Assembly (NCBI GenBank): GCA_030141605.1
Contig: JAQGDQ010000021.1
Coordinates: 930,001-994,000 of the forward strand
Length of the DNA stretch: 64,000 nucleotides
Origin: Tubiluchus corallicola
Taxonomy: Eukaryota > Animalia > Priapulida
Direction of reading: 5' to 3'
Positions within the stretch are counted from its first letter, which is position 1. Every line of letters begins with the position of its first letter. Positions 27,825-42,870 of the stretch are shown here, in pieces. Both the position numbers and the translations under genes were made by a program. The notes beneath the pieces were generated by a model. The model was not told the origin of the DNA. It saw only the letters and a program-made list of their open reading frames with translations, and did no database searches.

Positions 27825-30800
27825 TTACTTTTCATAGTAAAGCACTTCAATGTCGTCGCCATCTTGCTGGGGCTTATTGGGTGAAGATGAAACTCTCTTG
27901 GCCGATGCTGATGCCAGTCCAATAATATCACATATCTTTTTGGGTTTGTCTGTGCAATCCCTTATCTGGTTATAAATAGCCTCGGCCTTGCAAAGGTTCG
28001 GCTCCAACTCTATCATGCCTGACATGTCATTGATGTGCTAAACGTGCGACAATAGTGACATTAATTGAGTGCTGAGTGGTGAAACCATTTAATGTTTTTG
28101 TTTTTTAACAGACTGCAAAGCCAGATGGAATGACAATAAACAATCTAAATTGGTAGTAGAAATTGTTGCCTAAAGCAAGCTGTGTGATCACCTTGGTATG
28201 GAGTTTTTATTTTTTAATCAAGATTAGTTCCAAAGCCAGAAATGATTATTTAATTGGAAAATTGGAGCCCAGAACATGTATTCGTGAGAAAAAATTCTGA
28301 AATACCATGAAAGTGAGACACCAACGACCACACATCAATGAAGTCATCAAAAGATCATCACTACATTGCCATAGTAAATGAAGCTAAGGCAAGTTATTGC
28401 AAGACTGCAACAAAAACTCGTTTAGCAAAGTACTAAAAATGTTTTTTTCACTTACCTTCAAAATCTCAGTAAATCCGAACTCATTCTCTATTATTGTGTT
28501 CTTTGCATAGTCCAACACAGCCAACACCATTAGCAAATGAAAATTCTCGCAGGGTTTACTAGTCCAGAAAACCTTAAAGCATGGTCAGTATTAAGTTTTC
28601 TGATGATCTTCTATCAAATTTTGTACGAGTTTCCAAAAATGCAATTTAAGTTAAAGAACAATGCATCACAGACTTGAAATGCTGTACATAGTACAATTAC
28701 TAGTTAATGATGAAATAATAAATTGTATAAAGACGTCCAACATCAGAACATCCATGCGAAAGAAATAGCATAAAAAATTATAACTCAGTTACAAATAATC
28801 CTTTCCAGAAAACAAGATTTGGCTACAAAGCATTGTTAGGATACTACAAAAAACTAGAAGCCTGTTTTTGAACAAACTATTATGTTTTTGTACAAAACAC
28901 AAACTATTACTCTCCAAAACATTTTACCTCCCAGCAGCGCATAATTTCGTCAAAATTGAATTCTCGCTTAAACAAGATGAGGAGCCACCGAAAACAAAAA
29001 TACAGGTTCCCAGAATCCTTGCTCTCTGAAATGAGACACAGCATTTATTTTATGTTTATAAAGATACTACTACAGCCAAATTAAGTTTATCCATATCACA
29101 AATACTCATTGCAAACCTGCTCAAGCACGAGGTAGTAACAGCCTCACATCGTAAGTATATGCACACAACAGTTCCAAACGATTCATTAAGGACATTAAAT
29201 TTACATCATAACAAAAGAAAAAGGGCAAATAAAGCCAGAGAGGTTACCATTTTTATTTAAATAAATTAAACACCTGTTTGTTAGAATAGTTATGCTAATG
29301 GTTCTGGACTTTAATTCTACAATAGTTTATCACAGTTTTGGAGGTATTTTCACACCTGTAAACTGAAGAAACAAGCACTGTCTTTCAACATCCTTATCAC
29401 AGAAAGAATAATAAAATAGAAATAGTTCTGCAGTCAATGACCTTACAAACAAAGTTGACGAGTGAATAAAAGGAACTGTTAGATCAAAGCTTTATTGTGC
29501 CATATAGGAATAAAAACCTTACGATAATAATATTATGTAGTTGTAGTGATTAACAGGTTAAAGCAGTAACGAGTAATCAAGTTCTACTTACCTAAATAAG
29601 TAAACAACTGATTGTCAACAAAATGCAAAAGAGTTGACAAGTTTAACAGCTGCAGTTTCATTCCTTCTTGGTCCAAGTCAAAATTGCGCTTCTAAAAAAT
29701 CAATAGACTGTCACTTAAAAAAAAGGCCAAGCCTTCCGGGAAGTTAGGCTTATTTCAATGTTTGAGAAAAATGTTAGAATGATGTACTAATAGAAGTGTG
29801 ACAAGTGCCTCATGCAATTAGTAAAATAAATTTACTAATTCATTTCACGCTTGGTTGCTCCCATCAATGACATCATTCATCGGCTGAAGAAAAGCAGCAC
29901 ACTGTAAGTTTTCGTCAAAAATATAATAAATTTTTACAAAAAAATAGATAGCTAATTTCGTAATACTTTTGCACGAACATTAGGTAAGCAGCAGAAGTTT
30001 TAAGTTTGATAAGAGGTGTGGGCTCACCGCTTATAAGTGCTTACAAAAAGTCACGAACTCCATCAGTTACGTCATAATTTTCAAGCGAATAACGGCCACA
30101 TCAGTAGTATAAACATTTTATAGTTTATAGACTTTTTTGCAAATTTGTTAACCACACTACCGTTTCGTAAAACAAATTTGATAACCAGACTAGTAATAAG
30201 TACTAACACATTATTTTGTAAAACAAATTTGCACAAAACTATGTAATAGTCACCTACAGCATAAACACCTGTCACTAAATGTACACTAATCACAGAACCC
30301 TGACCACAAGTATTCCAGTAGTGAGGGAAGAAAACAATATAAATTGATATACATGCAGAAAATTCATAAATTTTGCATACGCCATACATACGTATGATGA
30401 TTATAATAATGACATAATCATGTCGCTTACAAAATATAACAATGATATTTACATTAGATAATCAAAACTGCCAAATTGTAAAGTTTTATTATCAACAATA
30501 CTCAATTTCCATACAAAAAAGTAAAATAATATTATAGTAACTGCGGGAAGGTCATCTTGCAAGCAAAACTGAAAATGCTGATGATAAGCTTTCTTTGTAA
30601 ATTTGTTACCAGCATCAAAAACAAACCAAAATAACCCAAGCAAAACATATTTACACAATTACAATTAGTCAATAAACTGAATCTACGTACCACTTTTTCC
30701 ATAAAACCAACGAAACACCAAAAAGCATCAACTTCATTTTCCAGTACAACCAGTATAGGAGCCAGCAAATCACTCATGCCTTGCACGTAACCTATAAGTG

Positions 30801-32807
30801 AAAATATGCAATGAAAATTTAGTCTATTTTAAAACATACAATGCAATCGGAAAATATTAATGAGCTAAATTTTGTTCCATAATGTACTAATTTTTCACTG
30901 TGCGAGTTCGGCACGATACATAAAATTTATAGAAAGAAGTAACTTCATGCTCGATAGATTATCTAATTGGTCAAGGTGTGTGGTTAGCAACCGAAGTCAG
31001 GCAATGCTGAGGCGGATTAACGAATGACTAAGCAGCCACCAGAAAACTCCCTTAGGGGCAGTTATATCTATCACACTAATTTCTCTATTTGCCTCGTTAT
31101 ACGTGAAGGGACGTATAATATTGTATATTCATCCGAACATGGCTAAGACTGCTCTGCTGATTAGTATAGACCTCATTTTATTCTTGATAATAAGACAGAT
31201 ATGAATCATGCTACAGCATGCGGCTTGCTGTTTTTGGGTTTTTATACATCATTAAAGTCACCAAGTACTGCTTAGTATACATTTTTATACTTTATCTTAG
31301 TATTTATAGATGATACCTCGCACAAACGATACATTTTATCTGGAACAAAATATTCCTTTTAAGTAAACTAATTCCTTCCTTATCAAGGCATTAATTATGA
31401 TTAATATCAAGGTAATAATAGTTAAATCAATTAAGCAATATATATATATATATATAATCTTTGGCAACAAATCGTGAGTTTCACACACAAAATTTACCAG
31501 CACGTCATTGCCTTGATAACACTGAAACCTGAATAACAGGTGTAAAAAACTAGGACACTAAGGAATGAAGCCTTTGATACCGTTGATTTTGATATTTTAG
31601 CTTATACATTTGTTAAGAGGTTTAATGTTACTGAAAATGTGACGAACTGGTTCCACTAGACCTACCTTACCAACAGAAAACAGTGGATATTAATTAACAA
31701 ACTTTCTCAGAATCATTAGTTTAAAATATTCGGTGCATGGGCCAGTCACATTTTTAGGCTATTATTGTAAAACATTTTCCCATGGTTGGCAGTTTTGCTA
31801 ATGATCATCATCTTTATTTGTCTTTTAAGCCATCAACATCTCAAGCTCGGAATGATGCTAGTCAAGCCATGGAGCAGTGCATCAATGATGTTCGAGCATG
31901 GATGGTTGTTCATTATTTAAAAATCAGCGATGAAAAACAGAAATGATCGTGACTGGTACCACACAGCAGCTAGAAAAACTTTCTGATGTTACAGTAACAA
32001 TAGGGAATTCTGAAATAGTACCTGCACCCAAGTATGTAATTCAGGGGTTATCTATGATGAGAATATGTCAATGGCTTTTCACATCAATAATATTTGTAAA
32101 AAGGTTTATGCTCAGATAACAAGAATTAGACAGATTTGCAAGTACCTAGACAGGAATTCTACTGAATCTCTGATTCAATCCTTTATAAATTCTACTCTGG
32201 ATTACTGTAATGCATTGCTGTTCAATGTTTCACAAAACTCTATAAACGAATTACAAAAAATTCAAAATTGTGCATCTAGAGTGATCGTGTATTTGCGCAA
32301 GTATGATACATAACTTCAACATTGCAGGCCTTACACTGGCTGCTGGTGCAGAATCAAATTCAAAATAGCTATGTTGGCATTTAAATGTTTACATGGTCAA
32401 GCTCCATGCTATTCTGCAGAACTGATTAGTGTTTACGCACAATCCAGAAACTTAAGATCTAGCAATAAAAATCTACTCGTTGTGCCTAGGACACAAACAA
32501 AAACTTTAGGTACGCGTGCTTTTTCCCATGCCGCTCCAACTGTTTGGAACAGTTTTCCACTGAATATTAGAAGCTGCAATAATATAATCACATTTAAAAA
32601 ATTGCTCAAGACACATCTTTTTAAATTAGAGTATGGGAATTAAATTGGATCTTGCTAACTAGATTTTATATTGATTTTTAAACTTCAATTTTTCAAGTCT
32701 TTTTTATAGCACGTATATTTTATGATTTATTTTAGGCTTTGCAAAATCTTTGCTTGTAACGCACAACTGAGTATTTTTATATAATTGAGGCGCTATATAA
32801 ATTTTAT

Positions 32808-32848
<41 letters not shown>

Positions 32849-35800
32849 GCAAGGTGTCGCCACTTTACAGGTAAGTACAAGTAAATCAACTTAATCTAAT
32901 CAGATGGCATCCTGACTATTATGCATTATATCACTAGAACAAACAATCAAGCTAAATTAATGAACAGAAATCCTCAACATGCATCAACCGCTTGAAAACT
33001 TGATTATGTAAATACTTACCTAAGTCAAAGTTGTACATGCAGTAGGTCATCAGAATATCATGCAGAAGCTTTATGTTGTCATTGTCTTCACCCTGGTAGA
33101 ATGGATGAGTTCTATCTGTTCGCTCAACATCCTTTTCTGAAACATAATCAACAAGGAATTTTACCCAAAATTTTCATCTATACATGCGCTAATACCCATA
33201 AGAACCTGCAAGAAATGAAACAAATGCCATTTCAATCAAAATATAGCAAAGTTTAAAACCAGAATTTTAAGAAAAGCCTATATACGAGCTAACAGGTTTT
33301 AGTAGAAAAGAAATGTTTTTGTATGTACGGCTTTATAGGAAGAAGACAAAACTTTTTCTTGCCTTTGTGCGTCGCACTGCCACGCCAGATTTTGAAATTA
33401 AAGTGAAAACATTTTCTAGTTAAGGTTTCAAATTTTTCTATGAAGTCAATAGTTACCACTTGATACAAAACTCATTGAAATTAAATCTAGCTACGAAATC
33501 ATTTATAAATATTAATAAGCCATTATTTTATGAAACTAGTAAATTATAAGAATAAAGCGATGATAAGTCACATAAGCACTTAACTTAAAATTTATACCTA
33601 TTAAATTCTTTCTGCTGCTAAATTCAAAAAATCGGCTTTCTTGATCAGCAGAAATAGTTTTCCATTGATGTTTCATTCGAAAATAATCATCTCTGGAATA
33701 GAAAATTGTATTGGAATCAATTGGAAGCTAAGTGAATAAACTTACATTGCAAGTTGTTGTTGACTAAGATTAGACAATGCACTCATATTAATTGTTAATT
33801 TATTACGCTATTCCTACAAATAGTTTTCTTTAAATAAATAAGCACTTGTTCTTTAAAAAATGGCTGCCAGGTTTCCTTGAGAAAGTAAGGATGTGATAAT
33901 AAATAACAACCACAAATATCACTAACACAAAAAGAATTAAAAAGACAATTTTTTATTAATTAAAAACATTAAATCACTTACAGTTTCTTTTTTCTAATGG
34001 CACTTCTTTCTTTGCTGGTTGAATCGAATTCAAAATACCCTAGCAGAAACTTCCACACTTCACCCCGCAAGGAAGGTGACACACCCTAAAAGTAGATCAT
34101 GTTATCAGAACACCACTCAGTAATCTCGAGTACCTGGGATACACAGATCGGGAAATGTTAATCAACCAGCAGGAGCCCACCTTGGAATGGCCATTTATAG
34201 TCTCAGCTGACAAGCTGACAAAAGCTACTCACAAGCATACCTGGAAAATGTATAGAAATCTACTGTGACAGTCAAAATCAAGTCTGAATTATTATGATTA
34301 TGTTCATTTTTTCCATCAATACGAGATATTTGCAACTAAAATTTGTTTAGCAGTAAAACAGAGATATTATGACAGTAAAACTTTGTGCTTCGGTTACTTA
34401 ATACAGATGTATATTGCCAGTATTAGGAAGTGTCAAATCTATTATAAATTTCTCCAAGCAAAAATAGAATTAGACAATGTACCACTGGATCAGAGAGAAA
34501 ATGTACTGATCCTTTCACAACGTTTAGCTACGTTCAATAACATATGTTATTTAAACCTATACTGTCTTACTATTATTATTATTACCCATATTATTTAAGC
34601 CCTTACTTTAGTCTTTAGACTGGTCATGTATAAATTTTATACCAAGGCAGTGTGGGATTCCAATTTTTATTGCAGTATAATAACATAAAAAAATTAATCT
34701 CACAACAAGTTTGTGCATTATAATGACATTTTTTTTCACTGATGCCCAGCATTTTGGTCCAAGGTAACAGCACTTAATTTTAATTTTCCAAATTAAACCT
34801 TGATATAATCACGTGTTCTTGAGGGAAATAAATGAATCTTTTTTTTTTCAATGATTTGCTTAACAATTTATTGCAGTCTGGTAATTGTATAACATTGATA
34901 CATTTTCTAGAATAATTATCAAATGGCTACTAAACTTGCATGCATTCTTCATGTTTTTTTCTGGTTTGACTATAAATTTTACATTGCAGCTGATATTGCA
35001 TCAGTGAGCAAGTTTGTGAGAATGCCGAATGGGCTGCATAAGTGGGGTTAGCACACGCTGCTGGTCTGTGTAGCATTTTTACAGTAATTTAAACTCGAAG
35101 GCTGTAAATACAAGGTGAAAACAAAACAAGCATTGCATAAAAATTGCCACTGATGAGAGTCGCTAAAAACTGCATTAACACCATAAAGTTTCAAATTATT
35201 TATAATTCAGTCAAAAAACAAATCACTAGCAAATGTGGTTTGTACAGTAATACTTACACCCCTAAATATTTTTTCCTGTAACTCATCTACATTTGTAATT
35301 CTGCCTTCAGAGTCAATATGTTGTGACCATTCTTCAGACGTCAGAGGTTCTGATCTTTCAACTGTTTTTCTAGGTGGCAAATTTGACTGAAAAACAAATT
35401 AGTGGTAGTGTAAAAAATGTCTGTTATATGTCATATGTTATATGTTACATATAAGGCCACAAAATGTCAAGTGTTCCTGCAACTTTATGTGATGTGGTAA
35501 CAAAAAGGCCACATTTATTTCATCTAAATGAATGCAAAATCCTGTACTGTGCCTATAAATGAAAATTGCAATGTCTCACAATTAAAAAACAAAGAATAAA
35601 AAAGAAAAGCTACAAATTTCGAACTATCACTGTAGTTCTTCAGGCATGTATGTAAAATGGTCGTCATGAAGTAAATAACTGACAGAATCATCATGAGATT
35701 AATTTGAAAACTTGCAGATGCTTTTGCAACAAATTGCGCATTGTGTTGCAATTTTTTTGACTTGCAAATACTTTGGTGGCATTCAGGTAGCCACTCCCCA

Positions 35801-38800
35801 TCTCACTTTTGCTAACTGCTGCTCGTGAACCCCCAATTTCTCGATTCTCAAAGCTGCATAGTAACTTTAGGGGTAAAAGGGTACTTCAATGGAACACCAG
35901 TCCGTAATCTCATCAGGGAAAACAGAAATTTATTCGAATATTTCCGTGACGTTACTACTGCAGCATGAAGTGTGTCATAAAAATGCTCTCTCTCTAACAT
36001 ATATTTTGTCTAACATACAAATGTGCAGATGTCAAATTAGCAGCATCAAATAAAATTTAGGAAAACATGAGCAATGTTGACCAAGTATAAATAATTTTTG
36101 ATTTCAATAAACTTTTGTATAATTTTGAAAGATTTTCACAATTACTGACTTATATGGGAATAAGTTTTACTAAATGTTACTTACACAACAAATAACCTCG
36201 AATTCTGGTTCGTCTTCATCTTTGTTAAATGTCAGCCCGGGAATGAACATATAATCGGGGTCTGTCAGAATTTCAGCTAATTCTTCCTTGGGACGAGCTT
36301 GAGTAGGTTCAGCAACAAGAGACTCCCAGAGGAAATTTCTGACTTTAGAGAAGCCAGTCATTGTTGTCGCATATGGATCAGCATAAAATTTCTGTAACAA
36401 AAATTAAAAGTTATAGGGGAGGAAAAGGGAATTTCAAAGTATATGCCAAAGAACGTTCTGCACAAAGTTAGCATTATGTTTACCCGTTTGAAAGGCTTAT
36501 GTAAATAGAAAAGAAAATTCTTAATAATTTAAAATGTTCGCACCACCTGATAAAATGGCACTGTATCGCCATCCCAGTATGCACCACTGATTCATCAATA
36601 AAAACACATTAATTACTGATTTTATTGACAACACAAACTAATTTATACTTTTGTTTAGATAGTGAACAATGTGCTATCTATGCTCTGATTATTTTTTGGC
36701 ACGTTATGCTATGTTATCTAAACTTGTTTCAAACGACTTACTATCAAAACGGCTGCACCTAACAGTCATCACAGGAGTTTAAATTTACATGTTTTATACA
36801 GTGTTACTGCTAAAGCAAGTTCCGTGCACAGTAAGACAGCGTATAAGTGATATAAAATTTCAAGACAAACTTTTTAAGCTTTATTTATGACGAGTATTTT
36901 CTCGTCTTTTAAACTTTGCTATCCATATCATTATCACAAAAATATGATTTGGGTCTTAAAGATAACATTTTTAACTTTAAAACTGGAACACGAAATCTAT
37001 TAATCCAAAAGTCTTTTCCAGTTTTATCACAATATTCAATTTGTATTGCTAACCGTAATCAAATCTGAAGATGTTTCTTTAAACAGGTTTAGCTCATTGA
37101 ACGATTTTTGCAGAGCACCGACTTCCAGTTCCTTCACCAGGTACAAATGTTTATCACGTCTAGACCTAAAAAAATACGACATTTTCTTTTTTCAAGAATG
37201 CCAAATATAAAGTTATTATAAAAGGTGAAAGAGATAGATTTGTTTTGTTTTTTAGTAGTAGCTATAATTTTAAGTAGTTTTAAGTAGCTATAATTAATAA
37301 AAACTATAATTAATGGCACCATAATAGCATCATTACTTCTTTATTTTAAGTAGATGTAATTAAAAAAACGACAGAATACAATTCCATCTACATGTTCACT
37401 TTATCGTAAGTAATGCATTCCAGCAAAATGTGATGTTGAGTGAGTTATCCTTAAATGAGGCCATACGCTTCAAAGCTGCACTTCAAAATGTAGATCCACA
37501 GAGATTATTTTAATGGGATCTCAATGAAAGATGACAGTGCTTGAATCACATATTTAACTTCAAATATTTAAACAATTTTAACGCTTACATTTGTATATTT
37601 GTTTTTGTTAAACGTGATAAAAAGTAATTATGTATTGTAATGGCAATACAGAAACTGCACAATTTCCAAAAAATTCTGTTGTTACTCCATATTTTTTTGA
37701 AATGAAGATGGGCTAATCGTGTGCGATGGGACTGGTCACCAAGTTTTTCCAGACCCAAGCTGGCCTTAAACAATGATCAACTGAGAAACCTAGGCCAGCT
37801 GGTTGTCTAGTGCTATAAAATAAGTTCCAGACATAGGAAATATAGACACTGGTTGCAAAAGCAACAACTGGTGTACGTTTATCAAACAGTACTATACTAA
37901 ATAAAATAACCAGCTACATCATGACCCAAGCCCAATGTATCACAGCTTTCCAGAGAAGTAGATACTACTAGCAGTTTTTTAAAAACACAACAAAAATTAT
38001 TGCTATAACTTTGCAAATTGTGTCAATTAAAATGCAGTAGTCATTGCTAAGTGGGGAACTAGGTGGTAAAATTTCATAGTTGTTAAAATGAATCGTCATT
38101 GTACAGGCTGTCTTTAATAGTGCCAAATGCATAGATGCAATTTAAGGGGTAGAAAATTAATTAATTTCATACAATTAAACATAAATTCAGCTTTAACACA
38201 CACTTTGAAAAAATACTTTTGCTTTTGCTTGGTGTAATACAAACCTAATAATATTGACATGCTGTTTGAGAACTTCCACAAAGTCATAACAACCACCTGC
38301 ATGAAAGTGAAGGGAAGGTCGAGTGGTACCATCTTTCTGCAAAAACAGAAATCACAAAGATGAACTGTGGTGCACCCCATCACAATCATTCTGAATAAGT
38401 TATTTAATTAACAAGAACTAGTTTAATACATTTTGTCACATCATTTTAAACACCACAGGTCACACTCTCTACGGTAACATACACTTGACACTTAAAAACT
38501 CTTTTTGACAGCATTAATACAATGCATTAGTGCTTTTCCATTATTTTATTATCATTAATCTCAAACGTGATTACTTATTTAGAAAATTACTTAGTCACAG
38601 TGCCTGTGATGTGTAGTTACAAAAATTTGATGTTTTATGTACAAAAGTAAATTGCCAGTTGCCAATATGTTAAACTGAAAGTATTCTATAACAGCAGTAT
38701 AACTGGCTTAAACAAATACAGAATAGTAGCTTAGAATACCATTATGAATGTTATATGTTCCCAGCCTTCGGTTTTCTTAGACATCTTGTAGCACTTGAGA

Positions 38801-40205
38801 TCTTTGATATCGAAGCAGAACTTTAGCTTTTTGCGCTTTTTTGGAGAAACCTTGATCTCAACTTCAGCTAAAGAATTAACCATACATTTGAAACACTGTC
38901 GAGCATTAAAGCTTTTCCTAGTCCACTGTTTGAAATGACCAGTGATCAGGACTGATATATATACTAAAAATGTATAAACGGTGCCTCGCATATGCCTACT
39001 ATTCGTGTATTACAAACATCTTCAGCAAAACACCTTTAGTATAACATTGTAGGCCTAGCTGTATTCTCAAGTGATATACCTTACTTACTGGTAATTACGT
39101 TGGCCTACTACAAATGAGCTTTTTAAACCCAGCTTCACTTTGCAAAAAAAACATTGTAATTTGTAAAAAAATGACACCAGGTTTTTCTTACCCGATTTAT
39201 CACCATTCTGGGAATTGTAGCCAACTGCAGTAACTTTTGTCCAATCTGGTTCAGCTTTAGGATGTTCAGTAGAGCATTCTGTCGACTCATATGGCAACCA
39301 TTCAACAAATACAGTATTTCTCTAGAAGAAAATTATAAGTATGTGGTACACCAACACATAAATGAAGAAATTTGGAATACTAACAAAACGAATACATAAA
39401 TAGAATGTAAAAAGTCCCATTGCATTACTTCTGAAAAATGCACGTCACAAATTATGAAAAGAATGGCTGAAAATTTTCAAACTATTACGTCACTTTGAAA
39501 ATGCAATTACTGGTGCATTTTCAGAAATATCCCACGATAATACTCAAAGTTTAGGTTTAGGCCAATTCATACATCACCTTAGAATCAGAAATTTCTGAAA
39601 ACAAAAAATGGTTTCTTACATTTTTGTTGACAAGAATTTTTCCAGCTACAACTGTATCACAATCTTTGTGCAGACCACCCGAATGAATAAACACTCCACC
39701 TTTTTCATAGATTACCTGAAAAACAAAATCATTTTTGTGCAACTGTTTGCACAACATTTGGAAACTCAAAAATGCAAGTTTGCTGCATTGTGTAGATTAT
39801 TGTAACAAAGCACAACATAATGCAGCTGCTATAACATAACATAATGTAATATCTCAAAAAAAGAATAAAATTATAGATTTTTTATGGTTGGTATATGCAT
39901 GTTTCACAATTATAAATTCATTATTTGGTGAGATGGATATATATATATGCATACACATATTGTTTATGTCTTCTCAAAAGAGTTTATTACATTAAGCATT
40001 CATGGAATTAGCTACTTTCAACTGAACTTACTTACCAAATTCTAAGACAGCAAAAGCAATTTTAAAGTAAAGGTAAGTTTAATTTACTAAAAAGGTTTTA
40101 CAGTAATACCTCAATGTCATCGTGGTCGCCAGAATCGGCATTTGGGGTCTGAGCACTTGCAGTAGCTCCACATTCTGGTTTATGAGGTTCACAGGGTGTT
40201 TCCAT
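27825..40205 (-). CDS. TBC1D15: TBC1 domain family member 15/17-like Rab7 GTPase-activating protein, 16 coding exons, ~644 aa
   Basis: Exons in transcript order: 40205-40110, 39715-39620, 39321-39192, 38867-38740, 38336-38245, 37165-37054, 36391-36185, 35386-35258, 34085-33982, 33692-33598, 33136-33020, 30791-30691, 29691-29592, 29025-28928, 28572-28456, 28037-27825 (1935 nt, in frame). N-terminal VIYEKGGVFIHS and PSLHFHAGG; DPYATTMTGFSKV; LIR motif EPEFEVI; TBC signatures LRGEVWKFLLG, IEKDVERTDR (Arg finger), GYVQGMSDLL (Gln finger), YFCFRWLLILFKREF. Confidence 0.96.
29715..30150 (+). repeat. Dispersed repeat family C, copy 2 (TBC1D15 intron 12)
   Basis: Collinear with 26430-26900; starts at TTAA. 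Confidence 0.75.
31790..32847 (+). mobile_element. 5'-truncated L2-clade LINE in TBC1D15 intron 11 (antisense to host)
   Basis: Starts at a decayed YADD (FANDHHLYLSF), then LDYCNALL, LQKIQNCASR, LHWL, RNLRSS, GTRAFSHAAPTVWNSFP, FKKLLKTHLF*. The 3' end GCGCTATATAAAT is followed by a (TAA)n tail at 32809-32847. Confidence 0.9.
36411..36912 (+). mobile_element. TTAA-ended MITE family A, copy 3 (TBC1D15 intron 6)
   Basis: ACAAAGTTAGCATTATG...GAAAGGCTTATGTAA...CATCCCAGT...TCTTTTAA collinear with the 7430 copy. Confidence 0.8.
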
Positions 40206-40689
40206 AATTAATATCTAGAATAACTGCTACTTATATTTATATCGATTTCCTACTGAAAATTTTAACCAGAAGCTCAAAAACTGTGGTAGCTGTTTAATAC
40301 GGTGATCAATGATAAGCCTACTATTGCCAGCACATTTCACTTGATGTCGACTTCTTGTACTATTACTCCGTTTTACAACTGCAAATACTTTTGCTTTTGG
40401 TAGCGTAAATATCCGCTGTAAATCCAAGATGTGATATAATACGTATCGAGTATTACGGTAAGCAAAAAACTGACGAAATTCAATTTATAATATTCAAAGA
40501 TACACTGGCTCACCAAAACAATCACAAGACAAATGACTCACTACTTTGCCAGTCGCAACTAAACTTACTATGGGAAATCTTTAAAAGCACATTTGTTTGT
40601 CACCCAAAAATACTAAAAGATTACTTGTATTTCCAGCTTGAAAATGTTCAGTTCAAAATCCAGCGGCGGCCTGCGAGGGCAAATCCTAA

Positions 40690-41200
40690 ATGAATGGACG
40701 TCATAAACGTAATGGACGCAGTGGACGTAAATTGGACGTCTATTCACTAATTTAATGGACGTTGTTAAAATAAGCCACTCAGCAAAAACTAATCAAATTG
40801 ATTTGCATGCGATACGTTCAGCTGGCGCTAATCATTAAACCCAGCACATCAGCAATTATGTACTTTAAATTACTTTGCGAATAAGTGCTCGAAATTAAGT
40901 CCATCGCGTTCAAATGCACATACCAATGGAATCCATACGTAAATCACATCCATCAAAATAGTATTTAATTTATTGAACAGATGCTCCAAATTACGTACAA
41001 CTACAAGATTACATTTAGTGCACGGGCTTTCAACTTACATCCATTGCGTCCAAGATTATGTCCAACAAGTCCATCGAAATAGTAAACGGACGTTCATCAC
41101 GTTCATCAAAACATGTCCATCAGTTTAGTAAATAGATGCTCAAAATTACATTTATCACATCCGACATTATGTTCGTCAAGTCCACCAAAATAAGGAGGCC
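40690..41200. repeat. Degenerate foldback element with TGGACG / CGTCCA subrepeat arrays
   Basis: Five TGGACG in 40695-40761 and many (G)TCCA in 41040-41185; TCTATTCACTAATTTAATGGACGT is mirrored by ATGTCCATCAGTTTAGTAAATAGA. Confidence 0.6.
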
Positions 41201-42800
41201 TAAAAACTGTAATTATTATAAAATGATTGTAAGATTTTGGAATGATGTGTCTGTTGTCATTTGCTTGTTTAAGCTGATTAATTTTTGTTATATCATTTTT
41301 GATTTATTTGCCACTAGATAGCTGTTACTTTCTTGTCCTAGGTTTTATTAAGCTAACTGAAGGTGGATCCATGTTTAACTTCGTTGATGGGGAGCTCAAA
41401 ACCTTTATTTTCTTCGTACCAACTATCTCCCTGTTAGTGATTAATTGCTTGAAGATAATCATAGATGAATATTCATTACATAGACACCAAGAAATTTGTC
41501 TTTTTGAGTAATTTGAGTAAACGTGATTTGTTTTCCACATCCCCATGGTGATGTAATTTTAGACATGCCATACAGAGACACCTTGACGTTGCACATGTAT
41601 GGTGAATGGAAGCCAGAACAGGTGACCTAGAAAAGTTAGTTCAGGTAGAGAGCTGCTGACATTTGCATGAAAAAAGTCTCGTGAATATAAAGCAGTGAAT
41701 GAATGTTGGCAACAATAAAAAAGTGTTTTTGGAGCAAACAATAGTTCCTGGTGTAGATGTGGCTGGTGATATTGGCAGTCAAAACTAATTGCTTTGTATA
41801 TTTATGCGTGTATATGTATACATGTGCGTGTGTGTACGTCAATCTGAGGTGCAAAGCCGTATTTTGGTACGGAAAAGACTGTCACTTGTCATAGAGTTGA
41901 TGTATGCAGAGTCTGACTTATTCTGTGCAGAGCTGAAGTAGCCGGTAACACATACCATTACTACATTTCCTAACTCGTGGATGAGTATTAACTGTTTGCC
42001 ACTCTCCTATCATTAACTTCTCGAAGTGAAACCTGTTACTTGTTAGTAAAAAAACACAGGCCTGCCAATAAATTATAGTCTGAGGCACCTTCTACTAGCT
42101 TGCCTTCCTACTATACCTTTATTACCTTGGGAATGGGGCTTTACTTTGTGTACACCCTGTATTGAGAAATTAATAGTATATAATAGTATAGTATATAGCT
42201 GATTAGAAAACCGTTTTTGTCAGTGCATTAAAAATTTATTTTGCTATCATACGGCAAATATGACTGTGATCTGCATCCTTTAAATTTTACACCGTGAAGG
42301 TAGCTTTAGTTTCAATAAACCTACAAATGTGTTGATTTCTTTATAGTAATACAATACTGTTTTGTGTTGATTTAAATTTTTGTGACTAAACATGGAAGTT
42401 GTTTCCAACAATCACTTGGCGGCCTATAAACAATTAATCAAGTAACGTTCTCCGTAGAGTTTAAACAATTTAAATAATTTGTTTAAAGTCCTTAGACCAA
42501 AATTCTATCAGGTTACAATGATATTGCATTACCATTCTATCTCTCAGTTTGTGTGTGCACTTGCACAATAATCATTGATATAAATTAACTTTTAATTGCT
42601 GTTTGGTGTAAATTGTGCAAATTAATTTTGAAGCTTTAAAACAAAAATATTATAGTCTGGTAATCGGTTTTAACTTAGCCAAAAGCAGCTTTACTAAAGC
42701 TCAGACAGTTCGGTTTTTTTGGAAATCGCTTGGTAAATCCCTGGAAAGCATTACCAGGACAAATGGTTTGGGCTCAGAGCATAAACAGTTTCAAAGCTTG

Positions 42801-42870
42801 ACTTGATGACCACTGAGCTGCCCGTTGCTCTACTGACTTGATGACCACTGAGCTGCCCGTTGCTCTACTG
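42801..42870. repeat. Perfect 35-bp tandem duplication
   Basis: ACTTGATGACCACTGAGCTGCCCGTTGCTCTACTG x2. Confidence 0.92.

Noticed and set aside
30930-31100. Functional tRNA or 5S rRNA gene
   Set aside because: Only degenerate box-like similarity, with no cloverleaf or full 5S structure; treated as a SINE remnant.
35149-35175. CTGATGA as another hammerhead core (also 4307, 7073, and 35910 on the minus strand)
   Set aside because: No stem II followed by GAAA and no stem I pairing.
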